In this document: positions 9,323 through 22,500 of the stretch, one piece after another
Layout: the number at the start of each line of letters is the position of its first letter
Numbering within the stretch: the first letter of the stretch is position 1
NCBI RefSeq assembly: GCF_001194135.2
Contig: NC_069009.1
Span: 8,489,900-8,553,899 of the forward strand
Origin: Octopus bimaculoides
Taxonomy: Eukaryota
Length of the DNA: 64,000 nucleotides
Direction: 5' to 3'
Translations under genes and position numbers: made by a program
Notes under the pieces: generated by a model
What the model was told of the DNA's origin: nothing
Databases searched by the model: none
What the model saw: the letters and a program-made list of their open reading frames with translations, nothing else

Positions 9323-12300
9323 GCATCACATAATATGGAAGACAACTGGAGTTTTCTACGGGGCAACCTGCTGAGAGCCACTGACCAGATTTGTGGATGG
9401 TGCAAAGTCCCCTCACGACCCAACGTGCTGGTGGAACAATGTGGTTGACAGGGCTATTAGACAAAAGAAACAGGCTTGGAAGAATAGTGGCAGCAGGGAA
9501 TTGTATCAAACTGCTAGAAGGGAAGCTAGGAGACAGGTTTATTTAGCCAGAGGGGGAGCAGATACAAAAAAATTTGCCAATGTTCTGCTGTGTGAGGACC
9601 AAAGACTTGAGGTATTTCGTGAGAGAGAATCGTGACATTGTAGGAGAGAAATGTGTCTGCATGGATGATAATATGCTTGCACTAAAGGAGGCTGCAAAGA
9701 GAGAGGTTTGGAGATGCCACTACGAAAGGTTGCTTAATAAAGAGAATGAATGAGAGAAAGAGAGTCTGCCGAATGTCGACCCAACAGAGGGACCAGCTAT
9801 CCTAATTGACAGTACCATGGTAGATAAAGCGATCAAGAGTATGAAGACAGGGGAAGCCCCCGGCCCATCAGGAATCACTGCAGAGATGCTCAAAATCTCT
9901 GGTAGTGTCGGCTATAGCCTAGTTACCGGTATAGTTAACCAGGTGCTACACGAAGGAGTCATACCCAATGACTGGTGTAGCAGCACCATAGTCAACTGCT
10001 ACAAAGGTAAAGGTGACGCTTTAGACACAAACAATTACAGAGGTATCAAGTTGTTGGACCAGGTAATGTAGGTCATGGAGAGGGGCATAGCCCAACTAAT
10101 TAGGGAGAGAGTCAGCTTAGATGAGATGCGGTTGGGAATCGTGCCAGGGAAAAGCACCACTGATGCTATATTTCTGGTAAGACAGCTGCAAGAGAAATAC
10201 CTAGCGAAAGATAAACCGCTGTACCTGGCTTTCGTTGACACGGAGAAAGCCTTTGACAGGGTCTCCCGATCCCTTATCTGGTGGTCAATGAGGAAACTAG
10301 GGATAGATGAATGGTTAGTGAGAGCTGTGCGAGCCATGTACAGGGACGCTGTCAGTAAGGTGAGGGTTGGCAACGAGTAAAGTGAAGAGTTCCGGGTAGA
10401 GATAGAAGTCCACCAAGGTTCAGTCCTCAGCCCCCTCCTATTTAACCATAATTCTCCAAGCAATAACCCAGGAATTCAAGACAGGTTGCCCCTGGGAGCT
10501 CCTCCATGCTGATGACCTTGCTCTAATTGCTGAGTCACTATCAGAACTAGAGGAGAAGTTTCAGGTGTCGAAGCAAGTTGTAGTGAAACCTCTCTCTCGG
10601 GTATTCATTTACAAATGATAACGAAGCGGCTAACATCTAGCTTTCGGGCCGCTTGGACCCTTGTGTCCACCACTCTGATTGATTCTTATTTGCGCAGAAT
10701 TTGTCAACAGTTGTGTTTCGCGCCAGGGTGCATAGCGTCCAATCATGGCCTTCTGTCAAGGTCACGTGAGAGAGAGTTTTTGTGCTTTTTCCAGTGAGCC
10801 CTTTTTTATCTATAAATAGCCTTGTTTGATCCACGCCAGTTTGTCTTCCACTTCAGATCTCTTACAGGTCTGGTCGTTGATCATCACACAGAACACAGCA
10901 CCAGCCAGTTTCCAGCGATGACATCTACACCACCACCAGAGTACACACACCAACAACAACCGCGGTTTCATCTCAACACTGTTTGAGTGGATTGTTTTCC
11001 ACCTTGAGATAACAGCTAGAACAACCTTCGAGAATCTTCTGTACCAAGTAACTGGTCTCCAGCATCGACGCTCAACTTCACATACAACATGTGACACCAC
11101 AGCTCTGCTCTTCGGCCACAACCACTTGTACAGACATTCTACCTACTGTAACTCTTCTATGAACTGGTACTTTCTTATCCTGTGTTCAGGACTCTTATAG
11201 TCTTTGTTACAGACACTTATTCTATGCTTTGTATTTCTCAGTCACAACCTTTGCCACATTCCAGGGAGAAAAACTAGAAGTAGTTGATAGCTTCCGTTAC
11301 CTAGGTGACCAAGTCAGTAGCGGGGGAGGGTGCGCTGAAAGTGTAGCTGCTAGAATAAGAATAGCCTGGGCAAAGTTCAGAGAGCTCTTACCTCTGATGG
11401 TGACAAAGGGCCTCTCACTCAGAGTAAAAGGCAGACTATATGACGCATGTGTACAAACAGCCATGCTACATGGCAGTGAAACATGGGCCGTGACTGCTGA
11501 GGACATGCGTAAGCTCACAAGGAATGAAGCCAGTATGCTTCGATGGATGTGTAATGTCAGTGTGCATACTCAATGGAGTGTAAGNNNNNNNNNNNNNNNN
11601 NNNNNNNNNNNNNNNNNNNNNNNNNNNNNNNNNNNNNNNNNNNNNNNNNNNNNNNNNNNNNNNNNNNNNNNNNNNNNNNNNNNNNNNNNNNNNNNNNNNN
11701 NNNNNNNNNNNNNNNNNNNNNNNNNNNNNNNNNNNNNNNNNNNNNNNNNNNNNNNNNNNNNNNNNNNNNNNNNNNNNNNNNNNNNNNNNNNNNNNNNNNN
11801 NNNNNNNNNNNNNNNNNNNNNNNNNNNNNNNNNNNNNNNNNNNNNNNNNNNNNNNNNNNNNNNNNNNNNNNNNNNNNNNNNNNNNNNNNNNNNNNNNNNN
11901 NNNNNNNNNNNNNNNNNNNNNNNNNNNNNNNNNNNNNNNNNNNNNNNNNNNNNNNNNNNNNNNNNNNNNNNNNNNNNNNNNNNNNNNNNNNNNNNNNNNN
12001 NNNNNNNNNNNNNNNNNNNNNNNNNNNNNNNNNNNNNNNNNNNNNNNNNNNNNNNNNNNNNNNNNNNNNNNNNNNNNNNNNNNNNNNNNNNNNNNNNNNN
12101 NNNNNNNNNNNNNNNNNNNNNNNNNNNNNNNNNNNNNNNNNNNNNNNNNNNNNNNNNNNNNNNNNNNNNNNNNNNNNNNNNNNNNNNNNNNNNNNNNNNN
12201 NNNNNNNNNNNNNNNNNNNNNNNNNNNNNNNNNNNNNNNNNNNNNNNNNNNNNNNNNNNNNNNNNNNNNNNNNNNNNNNNNNNNNNNNNNNNNNNNNNNN

Positions 12301-12592
12301 NNNNNNNNNNNNNNNNNNNAGACTGACTCCTGTGCAGGTGGCATTTAAAAAACATCATTTGAGCGTGGCTGTTGCCAGTGCCGCCGGACTGGCCTTCGTG
12401 CCGATGGCACATACAAAGCACCTACTACACTCTCGGAGTGGTTGGCATTAGGAAGGGCATCCAGCTGGAGAAACTCTGCCAGATCAGATTGGAGTCTGGT
12501 GTAGCCATCTGGTTCGCCAGTCCCCCAATCAAATCGTCCAACCCATGCTAGCATGGAAAGCGGACGTTAGATGGTGATGATGATGATGATGA

Positions 12593-12596
<4 letters not shown>
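9323..12596 (+). mobile_element. 5'-truncated RTE LINE (RT, interrupted by insert and gap, ends in (GAT)n tail)
   Basis: KTGEAPGPSGITAEMLK, YKGKGDALD..NYRGIKLL, FVDTEKAFDRV, HQGSVLSP, then EVVDSFRYLGD...MLHGSETW; stops present; tail GGACGTTAGATGGTGATGATGAT. Confidence 0.92.
10579..11246 (+). mobile_element. Probable solo LTR inserted in the RTE
   Basis: 668-bp non-RTE block starting TGTAGTGA and ending GTCACA with internal TATAAATA near 10810; RTE homology stops and resumes at its edges; no clean TSD. Confidence 0.5.
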
Positions 12597-12633
<37 letters not shown>

Positions 12634-13231
12634 ATGCATACATACATGCATATGTATGCGTGTGTGTGTGTCTGTGTGTATATATATACATGCATATATA
12701 TGTCCGTATGAATATGTATATATATATGTGTGTGTTTATAAATATATGACGTGTATAGACGTAGGAATGGCTGTGTGGTAAGTAGCTTGCTTACGAACCG
12801 CATGGTTCCGGGTTCAGTCCCACTGTGTGACACCTTGGACAAGTGTCTTGTACTATAGCCTCGGGCCGACCAAAGCCTTGTGAGTGGATTTGGTAGACAG
12901 AAACTGAAAGAAGCCCGTCATATATATGTATGTATGTATGTATGTATGCATGTATGTATGTATGTATGCATGTGTGTGTGTTTATGTATGTGTGTGTATG
13001 TGTATGTGTGTGTGTGTATGTATGCATGTGTGTGTATATGTTTGTGCGTCTGTGTTTGCCCCCCCCCCTCAACATCGCTTGACAACCGATGCTTGTGTGT
13101 TTACGTCCCCGTAAAAGCGACCGATAGAATAAGTACTAGGCTTCCAGAGAATAAGTCATGGGGTCGATTTGCTCGACTAAAGGCGGTGCTCCAGCATGGC
13201 CACAGTCAAATAACTGAAACAAGTAAGAGAG

Positions 13232-13270
<39 letters not shown>

Positions 13271-13329
13271 ATAGGTGGACATAAATATATATATANNNNN
13301 NNNNNCACACGCACACACACATATATATG

Positions 13330-13900
13330 GGGGAAGAGAGGAACAAAGACAGCGTGAGAGTTAAAGACAGGCGAGGAACTGGATAAAGAAACAGCATAGT
13401 ATATTCCATACATGTACTTCACACAGTCCTAGAAAATTTATACTTTCAATTTCATGAAAAAAAAAACATTCTTCTTCCTGTTTTAAAAGTCAGTTTCACT
13501 TTTCTGTCGGCTATTTATTTTCCATGATTAGCAGCGGCCTTTCTTGTTGTCACACTACATAAGGGACCTTAAGGACTAAAAATGGAGGTCACCAGAAAAA
13601 GTGAGTCGAATTCTTGACTTTCGTCGTCGGATTTTATCCGTGCTTTGTCATATCTAAGCTTAGTTTACCGTATCTCTATGATATTTTGTATATCGTTCTG
13701 TTTTTCTGTGTTGTTCAGTGTCCGTCTCGCTGTGTCATTTTGTTTAGACGTCGGTTATACTCACATCCGCCGTTGTTTTGGAAAACCAACAAATCCGGCT
13801 TTCTCTTTCGTTTTCCTCTCAAATCCACCCAAACACTCATGCCAATACATACGCGCCTGTTTATATATATCTATTTATTTTAGATAACGTCTATCGATAT
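13330..13900 (+). promoter_or_regulatory. Probable PARN promoter / 5' UTR / start of intron 1
   Basis: Only non-repeat sequence around the ATG; CpG visibly more frequent at 13500-13900 (TCGTCGTCGG, GACGTCGG, CCGCCG); TSS not determinable. Confidence 0.5.
13582..13600 (+). CDS. PARN: PARN coding exon 1 (19 nt, MEVTRK + first base of N)
   Basis: aaaATGGAGGTCACCAGAAAAA|gtgagt; phase 1 fits exon 2; matches the MEIIRSN start of human PARN. Confidence 0.88.
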
Positions 13901-15510
13901 TTATCTTTGTGCTTATTTACGTATTTGTACATATCTTTTTATAATATCTCTGTGTGTGAGCGTGTAAACATATCTGAATGTATGTGTGTATAAAAGTATG
14001 TATATTATGTGTGTGAGAGTGTATATTTATATATATATATACGCACATACAGAGATGTGTGTATGTATGCATCGTGTATATATGTGTTATTGTGTGTAAG
14101 ATACGTGTATACATGCGCATATATACATGTGCATTTGTCTATCTATCAATCTATCCGTGTGTGTGTGTATTTATGTATATGGATATAATAATAATATACG
14201 TATTCGAGTAAATAAATTTGTGTGTGTGACACTCCGTCTCGTGCCATTCCCGTTGGCCATTTGTATTGGCCTTGCACAGAGTTTATACAAACTCCCATTT
14301 CCATCTGGAGCACGAATTAAGTTTCTTTCTCCATATTCCAATCTCTCACGTTCTAAATACACTACCCCTTCCATTTTAAACCCTTCCCCACACACATCCC
14401 TCTCAACTTCCATCACTCAAACACTTATAAGCCTTAAAAAGTCGCTTTGTCTTTGCCTATGGGCATAGCGTAGTGGATAAAAGTGTTTGTTAATACAGTC
14501 CAGTCACCTAGAGTTCAGTCCTAGGCAAGGCGCTAAGGTGAATCAAAAGATACCTGAAGGAGGCGGGAGTGTACGACTGTCAGAATGTAGTGAAAAGCAA
14601 CAATCAAGGTGAAGACATGTAAACATCTCATATAGAATCCTACTCTACACTGTTTAACTCATTACCACACACACACACACACACGGAGGCCATTTATGTT
14701 CAAATAGAATATACATGCACACACACACATGCTCCTACCTACTCCACACATACTTCCATATCCATCTTCATACTCAAAGTAGTAAGCACATAATCACACA
14801 TCCTCACTTCCCAACACCTACCACTTTTGTCACTTCTCTTCCACCCAACTCTTCTCTCCATTATGACACATTTGACATCCTCATATACACACAGTCACTT
14901 CAAGTAGTTTCACTCACACATATATGCATATACATTTTCCAATAGCAAACAAGGACGCATACACACTTGCACACGACATACATACATGCAATAGCTTCAT
15001 ACACTAACACACACATGTATGCACACATTTAAACAGAAAGTAAGAATGCACATGATAGCTTTACGCACATGCGTGCTTGCACACACATCACACACCCTCA
15101 CACACACATTGGTTTCATAACATTTCAGGTCACTTGTTTTCCTTGCTACCCACACCTGAAGTGAAGTTCATAGTTATCTCCCTTACCACTCAGGCCTTTA
15201 GCACCCTCTTCCTCTTCTGGTCATTTCAGTGCTTTGTAAACTTTATCATGTACAAATAAAAGAAAATATTTACATTTATATTGAGATATGCTACCTGTTC
15301 CAATCATTTTTTAAAGATGACTTATTCACACTATTACAGAAAATGCGATAAATTAATGTCATGGTATCAGTTCTGGAAGGTTTTTCTTGCAGAATTCACA
15401 TGGTGCTCTTACAGTATGACTAAATTTTCTTATAAAATGAGTGAAACCAGTCGCATATTTAGAGAAAATGTAAATATTCTCTTTTTCTCAAAGCGTTTTC
15501 TTCTGTTTTT

Positions 15511-15625
15511 GAATATGGCCATGTTGAATGCACTTGTTCTCATCTGATCACCGAAGTTAAGCAACGTCGAACCTAGTGAGTACTTAGATGGGTGACTGCT
15601 TGGGAAACCTAAGTGCTGTGAGCAT
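15511..15625 (+). pseudogene. 5S rRNA pseudogene / 5S-derived SINE head
   Basis: ATGGCCAT..GTTGAATGCACTTGTTCTCATCTGATCACCGAAGTTAAGCAACGTCGAACCTAGTGAGTACTTAGATGGGTGACTGCTTGGGAAACCTAAGTGCTGTG follows invertebrate 5S rRNA with many substitutions and a short 5' deletion; no TTTT terminator. Confidence 0.88.
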
Positions 15626-16658
15626 CTCACACTATTAAGGCGGTACTCCAGCATGGCCACAGTAAAATGACTGAAACAAAAGAATAAAAGAATATGCATA
15701 ACTACGTGTGGGGGTGGGGTATATGAGTAAATCAAAAATAGAAACAGCAAAGTCAAATGGATGTACACAGTGAATGTATTAAGTTTATACTCAGTCTAAA
15801 AGAGGGGATGTGTTGTTTCAAGCGTAGCTCTTCATCAGAAAGAGGAAAAGTCCAGAGAGAAGGGGAAAAAATAGTCTGAGAAAAACTTGTGCTGTTACAT
15901 GGCTGATATGTGTATGCACTCTCTCGCTTTCTCTCTCTCGCTATCTCTCTCTATCTCTCTTTCTCTCTCTCTATATATATATATGTGTGTGTGTGTGTGT
16001 ATGTATACAGACATATATATAATATAAGGCATGTGGAGTTGTGGTTAGTCTACTGCACTCATGATTGCTAGATCATAGGTTCAGTTGCCAGACTGGGCAG
16101 CGCATGGTGTTCTTGAACAAAACACTTCATTTCATGCTGCTCTAGTTGCCCTTTCGATCAAGCGGGGAGTGTTAGATTGCTCACCTAACCAGTGGGATCA
16201 TGTCATTCAATAGCTAAAACAATGCAAAGCACATTGTGACTAGTGATGTGTAACAACATCTGATAGTCTGGTTGGTCACATGGGCAGATACCTACAAAGT
16301 TCTCAGAGTGACACGAATTTGGTTAACTATATCAAACAATCAGGCACCAATAAATTGAAGTTGAATTAACATCCAAAGTAATTCTTTGTGTATGACTAGT
16401 AAATTCAGCCATCACTCAGAACATTATATTTCTTCTGTTTGTATGCGTTCATCTATTCAGAGTTCATTTTGAATTTAACCCACTGTGGATTTCCTTGATA
16501 ATATATTTTCAGACATATATTTTCAGATATATTAATTTGACTTTTATTTCAGACTTTTTTTTTACTGTATCTAAATATACTGGCACAATAGAAATGATTG
16601 TTGGTAATTATGGAGTAATCATCAAATAAAGATGGAATTTTCTCCATTCCTGTTTTTG

Positions 16659-17757
16659 TTATATATATATATGTATATATAAACAAATAGTAAATGAGTA
16701 TATGCATATATACGTACAGGTATGTGCATACCGACATCCACCTGTATGTATAGGTGCATATCTGGGTACAGGACATTGCAAACAAAACAGAGACGAGAAA
16801 ACACACAAGCCACATAGAGAACATTCTACTTCATCAGCTACCTCCGTTTTAACACCGGCGTTTCGAAGAGCTAGGCAGGACGCATCATTAAAACAGCTCT
16901 TCCCATGGACCGCAAATTAAATTTGTATACACAAATTAAATCTTGCCATGGAGGAATGTTGTGGTGGATAAAAAACAAGACAGGAAAACAAACAGAAAAG
17001 GCTTTACGGCCAGACGGTTAANNNNNNNNNNNNNNNNNNNNNNNNNNNNNNNNNNNNNNNNNNNNNNNNNNNNNNNNNNNNNNNNNNNNNNNNNNNNNNN
17101 NNNNNNNNNNNNNNNNNNNNNNNNNNNNNNNNNNNNNNNNNNNNNNNNNNNNNNNNNNNNNNNNNNNNNNNNNNNNNNNNNNNNNNNNNNNNNNNNNNNN
17201 NNNNNNNNNNNNNNNNNNNNNNNNNNNNNNNNNNNNNNNNNNNNNNNNNNNNNNNNNNNNNNNNNNNNNNNNNNNNNNNNNNNNNNNNNNNNNNNNNNNN
17301 NNNNNNNNNNNNNNNNNNNNNNNNNNNNNNNNNNNNNNNNNNNNNNNNNNNNNNNNNNNNNNNNNNNNNNNNNNNNNNNNNNNNNNNNNNNNNNTTATAT
17401 ATATATATGTATATATAAACAAATAGTAAATGAGTATATGCATATATACGTACAGGTATGTGCATACCGACATCCACCTGTATGTATAGGTGCATATCTG
17501 GGTACAGGACATTGCAAACAAAACAGAGACGAGAAAACACACAAGCCACATAGAGAACATTCTACTTCATCAGCTACCTCCGTTTTAACACCGGCGTTTC
17601 GAAGAGCTAGGCAGGATGCATCGTTAAAACAGCTCTTCCCATGGACCGCAAATTAAATTTGTATACACAAATTAAATCTTGCCATGGAGGAATGTTGTGG
17701 TGGATAAAAAACAAGACAGGAAAACAAACAGAAAAGGCTTTACGGCCAGACGGTTAA
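16659..17757. repeat. 363-bp direct duplication flanking an assembly gap
   Basis: 16659-17021 repeated at 17395-17757 with 2 substitutions; probably a contig-overlap or haplotype artefact. Confidence 0.8.
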
Positions 17758-18090
17758 TCTTTACTCATTTGCCTGATTTCTGTTGAGCCATTGTGTATTT
17801 CAGTGTAATTTGGTGGTTAATTTGAGGATTTAGTTCCTCTTTCTAGCAAGTAGGCACCTCTGTTATAAATATAAATTTTATTCTGTAGCTATTTAATGCT
17901 ATTATTGCTTGCTACCACCTTTATTTTTGTTGTTATTATTATTATTGGTGTTGCAGTTCTGGGATCCCATTGGGGAAGAAGCTTTCATCCTGTTGGTCAA
18001 AAAAAGTCATCAACAGCAGATATAACACCTACATCACTGTGATACTAGTTCCCAGCCATATGTTTTTTTTCATGTTGGAGAACAGATGGT

Positions 18091-18408
18091 GGAGGCGCAA
18101 TGGCCCAGTGATTAGGGCAGTGGACTCATGGTCGGAGGATTGCGGTTTTGATTCCCAGACCGGGCGTTGTGTGTGTTTATTAAGCGAAAAACACCTAAAA
18201 AAGCTCCACAAGGCTCCAGCAGGGGGTGGTGGCGACCCCTGTTGTACTCTTTCGCCCCAACTTTCTCTCACTCTTTCTTCCTGTTTCTTGAGTAACGCTG
18301 CAATGGACTGGCGTCTCGTCTAGCTGGGGGAGAACACATATGCCATAGAAACCAGGAAACCAGGCCCATGAGCCTGGCTTGGCTTTAAAAGGGTGCATAA
18401 ATAAATAA
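18091..18408 (+). mobile_element. tRNA-derived SINE with V-domain-like core
   Basis: A/B-box head GGAGGCGCAATGGCCCAGTG...TTGATTCCC; GCTGCAATGGACTGGCGTCTCGTC resembles the V-SINE core; (TAAA)n tail. Confidence 0.7.
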
Positions 18409-18439
18409 TGGGGACAGATGACAGTCAGATCGGGCCACT

Positions 18440-19247
18440 TTAGGAGAATAGGGAGGGTAATCAGCCATTAATGGTGTGACCTGTTTGAAGATAATAAACA
18501 CAATACTTTTTGCTTTCCAAAAAAATGGGCCCATCATTTTCCCTGCAGATGAAATGGCTTTAGTCTTCTTTGGAGTAAGTGAGGAGGGATGTTTTTCCTG
18601 CATGGATTGTCTCTTTGTGTTTGGCTCAAAGTGATGAACCCAACACTCATCCTGGGTAGGAAATGTTCAAGGAAACCAGCTGGGTTTGCCTGAAACAATG
18701 TCAAATTTTCTTGTGATGTGAGCAGCCTGGTGTGCTTTTCATCAGGTGTTAGAAAATGTGGCATCCACCAAACAGAAACTTTTGTCATATCCTGTTCATT
18801 TTGCAGAATATTCTCAACTCTCTCATCGCATATGCTAATAGAATTGGCTATTAGCTTTATAATCAATCACCTGTCATCCGTCACCATGTGGTGCACACGA
18901 TCAATATTTTCCTTGGTGGTGGCAGTTGCAGGACACCCAGACTCTCTCTTCCTGTCCTAAGTTCATTGGCCCACTTTTGCACTGTTGATAAAGTTGGAGC
19001 ATCATCTAATGTAGCAATCATGTCAGGAATATTGTTAGGAGCTAACAGCACAATGCCAAATTTTGTCCATTTTCAAGAGGAGTTGCTACTACTTACTTTT
19101 GAAGTCTCCTTTGAACAGTCAAATATCAGCTTACCTGGAAAGAAACAATGCAGATATTAAGAAGGGTTGAAATTAATGCATGCAAGATTTCACAGCTCTA
19201 GCATCACTCCTTCATAGTCTGCCAATGAACTTTTCAGCTCACTCTCG
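18440..19247 (-). mobile_element. Mariner transposon remnant
   Basis: SICDERVENILQNEQDMTKVSVWWMPHFLTPDEK and KHPSSLTPKKTKAISSAGKMM; terminus TA-CGAGAGTGAGCTGAAAAGTTC on the minus strand. Confidence 0.88.
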
Positions 19248-19569
19248 TAAAATTATGAGGCTAAGAGTAGAGAATTTTTCAAATAATACATGGAACTAGA
19301 AGCAAAATCACATGCCTGTAAAAAGCATAGAAATATATGGCATATAAACAACAATCAAAGCAATGTACAATGAAGATAACTTATAAATTCTTGAAATGAA
19401 GAAACAGAAGAGAATGTGTTATTTCAGGGATAAGATATGCGATATTGAGAGTAAGGTGCCTGATTATATGCTGATTGTATATATGTGTATGTATGACCGG
19501 TACATTGACAGATTTGGTGAGGTTGTGTTGATGCTGGAGCAGAGATGAGAGGATATGTGTAAGAGGTAA

Positions 19570-22500
19570 GAGGAAAAGGATCTTCAGCCAAATTCCTCAC
19601 AGGCCAGAAACAGTAATATTATATTCTTTTAGGTGAGTAAAAGTAATGAAGGGGGTGATCTAGTCTTATTATTAACTGACAGATATTTAGATAAAGTAAT
19701 TGGGGTGGTTAGATTGTATGAAGGGATAATTAAGCTGAGACCAGTTATAGGTTACTCAAACTGACATTTATCTCTGCATTTGCCCCTCAGTCGTGACTGA
19801 CAGAAGAACAGGAAAGACTGTTTCTAAGAGATCCTTCTGCAGTCTACCTCAACAACAATTAACAGCAACTTGATCATTATGGCTGATAACTTTAACTGAC
19901 ATGTTGATCGATACCATGATGGCTTCCATGATGTCCATAGTGGACATGACTATGGTACAAAAAATGAGGAGAGTTTAAGGCGCTTGGGATTCTGTAATGC
20001 CACTGGTATAACAATTTGCAACACACACTTCAAGAAACCAACCAGCAACCACATCACCTACCAATCTGGAAAACACACAAGTCAGAAAGATTTTATTCCC
20101 AAGAAATGCAACAAACAGACTGTTGCAAATAGCAAGGCCTTTCCCAGTGCAGAATGCCCCCCCCCCCCGCCAACTTAGATAAATGGTCAGTGGCTTGAGA
20201 GACAGAACTAGACAGACACAGAAGCAGATGTTATGGAGAAGGAAGACATTGAAACTAAAAGAACCTACAATTTACCATAGGTTTATAGAAATTCTACTTG
20301 ATACTTGAGCAGAGTTCCTATGGGTATATTCTGTTCAAGACTACAGATCAGACATGTGGCTGGTGAGGGTGATATGGCAAAGGAATGACCTCAGAGATAC
20401 AGTGAAAGCTAAAAAAACTGTCCTGGAAAGTCTAGAAGGAAGGTGGAAAGAGAGAGTATTCTTAAGTATCTAGAAGGAAAGTTGGGTGTCTAGTATACTG
20501 CTCAACTAAAGGAAGAGGTTGGCACTTGTTTTGTGACATGAGAATTGACAATGAAGTAGATCCTAGTTGTCACTAAGGATCAAAGTCATATTATTCAATC
20601 GCTGTATGATGTCATTTATTTTTTTGCTCCGCTTCGTCTTGTTTCAAAAGTTGTCACAAATTTCAAGTTTCCCTTGCTCAGTCAATCTGTTAGGAGTTGA
20701 TGTGTGATAATGTTGAAATTAGCCAATCCGAACCAGAAGGAAAGACATTCAAAAACACTTGAACACAAATTTATTATATAAATAACCCTGTAATAAAATG
20801 TTGATAAGTGTAAGCATGTTTATGTACATAAATATATGTATGTGTACATTTGCTCACAATGGAAGTTATGTATTAGCATTACAGATGATATTAACCACTG
20901 GTTGTTGTGTTCATAAAGACTTCAGTCCAAAGGGATCATAATGAGTAGGAGATTTGATAAATATTTGTAACATATTTCAGTGCATTATAAATGTTTTATA
21001 AATGTGTATATGTGTTTGTATGTATGTGTGTGTATGTATTTGTATATGTGTGTGTTGTGTAAGGGGCCTTAGAGTTAACTTAGCAAAGACCAAAGTTCAT
21101 GCAACCAGGAAAGCAAACAGACCCTCTAATCCTTTCTTAGAAATGGCCCTGCTTAATCCATTAAAACCCAGAGTACTTAAATTTCTGAATATTACTTTTA
21201 AACTTTCACAGATGATTGAAAATAGGCTAAAATGAAAAAAATCAGTTATTAAAACTCCTTTACTTCAAGTAGAAATGGAAGTACACAGTGTCCTGTTTAT
21301 AGGACACTGAGACAATGTGATATATTCATAAATTCAAAATCCTTTATATGTTACTTAACTGTATCCTTTTGGTATTAAATTTTATATAAAAAAATTGTTA
21401 ATGTTTTTAAAAGAATACATTGAAATACAAAAAATAATACAAGACATACAAAAATACAAAAAATAATACATTGAAAGAAATACATTCATAAAACTGCATT
21501 CTAGAATGCAGTCTACCCACAGGATTATGTTGCACTTTTGACAATAAGTTAGTGGTTTACTGCTGCAAGACTTATTCTGACAACATCATTGCTTATCTCG
21601 TTTGGCTATTGTATGGCCTTTCAAATCAAATTTCATGTCAGCAGTTGGTGTAGATGTTGTGATCAACTTTGTTTTTTGTCCAGATTGCTTTGTGGATTGC
21701 TTTAGATATGAAACACATACATATCTCTTGAAATCAAGTAAATTTTTTATTTCACCCTTTCCATTATGGATTAGTTTGTAAATAGTCCATGCAATAACAA
21801 CAGTTATATCAGTAACTCTAATAAACAATGGCCAGTCCCACTTTTAGCCTCTGTTTTGAGGTTGCATATTTTGACACTAACCAGTCGTGCTTGTCAACTC
21901 CACCCATGCCATTGTTATATGTACTCAAAACACGAGGTTGAGTCACATTGCCTTTGCTTTTTACCTCTTTCCTCAAGCATTGTACATTGCAAATTGGTTC
22001 AACTGTATCATAATTAATCCCAGTAAGGATTTCATTATTGATGTCAAATCTATAATCATATGAACCTCTTGGCTCCTTTTTCATCAATACTGTCTCCTTT
22101 AGAGGACATCTCTTGAGACGATTATCTCATTGTACCAGTTGCTTCAAATCCTGTTGCTCTGAATAAATTATCAAAATATATGGACTGTGACCGAGGATCT
22201 TATATCACTCCAAGCATTAGTAGGACAACTCTACTTCCAAGTGAAACATCTTCTTGAGGTCCTTCTTGTATACTCTTGCCACAATATAGATCAAAGTTGT
22301 AACAAAATCCTGAAACACTGCACAGTGCCCAAAAGTTGTAACCAAATCTTCTGGGTTTCCCTTTTATAAATTATTTGAGTGAATTATGTATTTGACTATC
22401 ATTTCATTGACTGAGAGACCCTTTAAAAATTGTGAGAGAACGAACTTTGTAACCTTTATCATTTTTATTCTCCTCCCAGTTTTCATTATTGCAAAAGTGA

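Noticed and set aside
13405-13436. Possible 17-nt minus-strand micro-exon (tttctag|GACTGTGTGAAGTACAT|gtatgg) of a divergent gene
   Set aside because: No other minus-strand exon found in 1-13400, which is nearly all repeats; such a match is expected by chance
12880-14120. ORFs rich in Y/I/C/V/H/T, here and throughout the window
   Set aside because: Translations of (TA)n, (TG)n and (CA)n microsatellites
14171-14416. 81-aa minus-strand ORF in unique-looking sequence
   Set aside because: No recognisable domain or splice context; antisense within PARN intron 1
16659-17757. 363-bp tandem duplication
   Set aside because: Both copies end exactly at the gap edges and differ at 2 sites, typical of unmerged haplotype overlap
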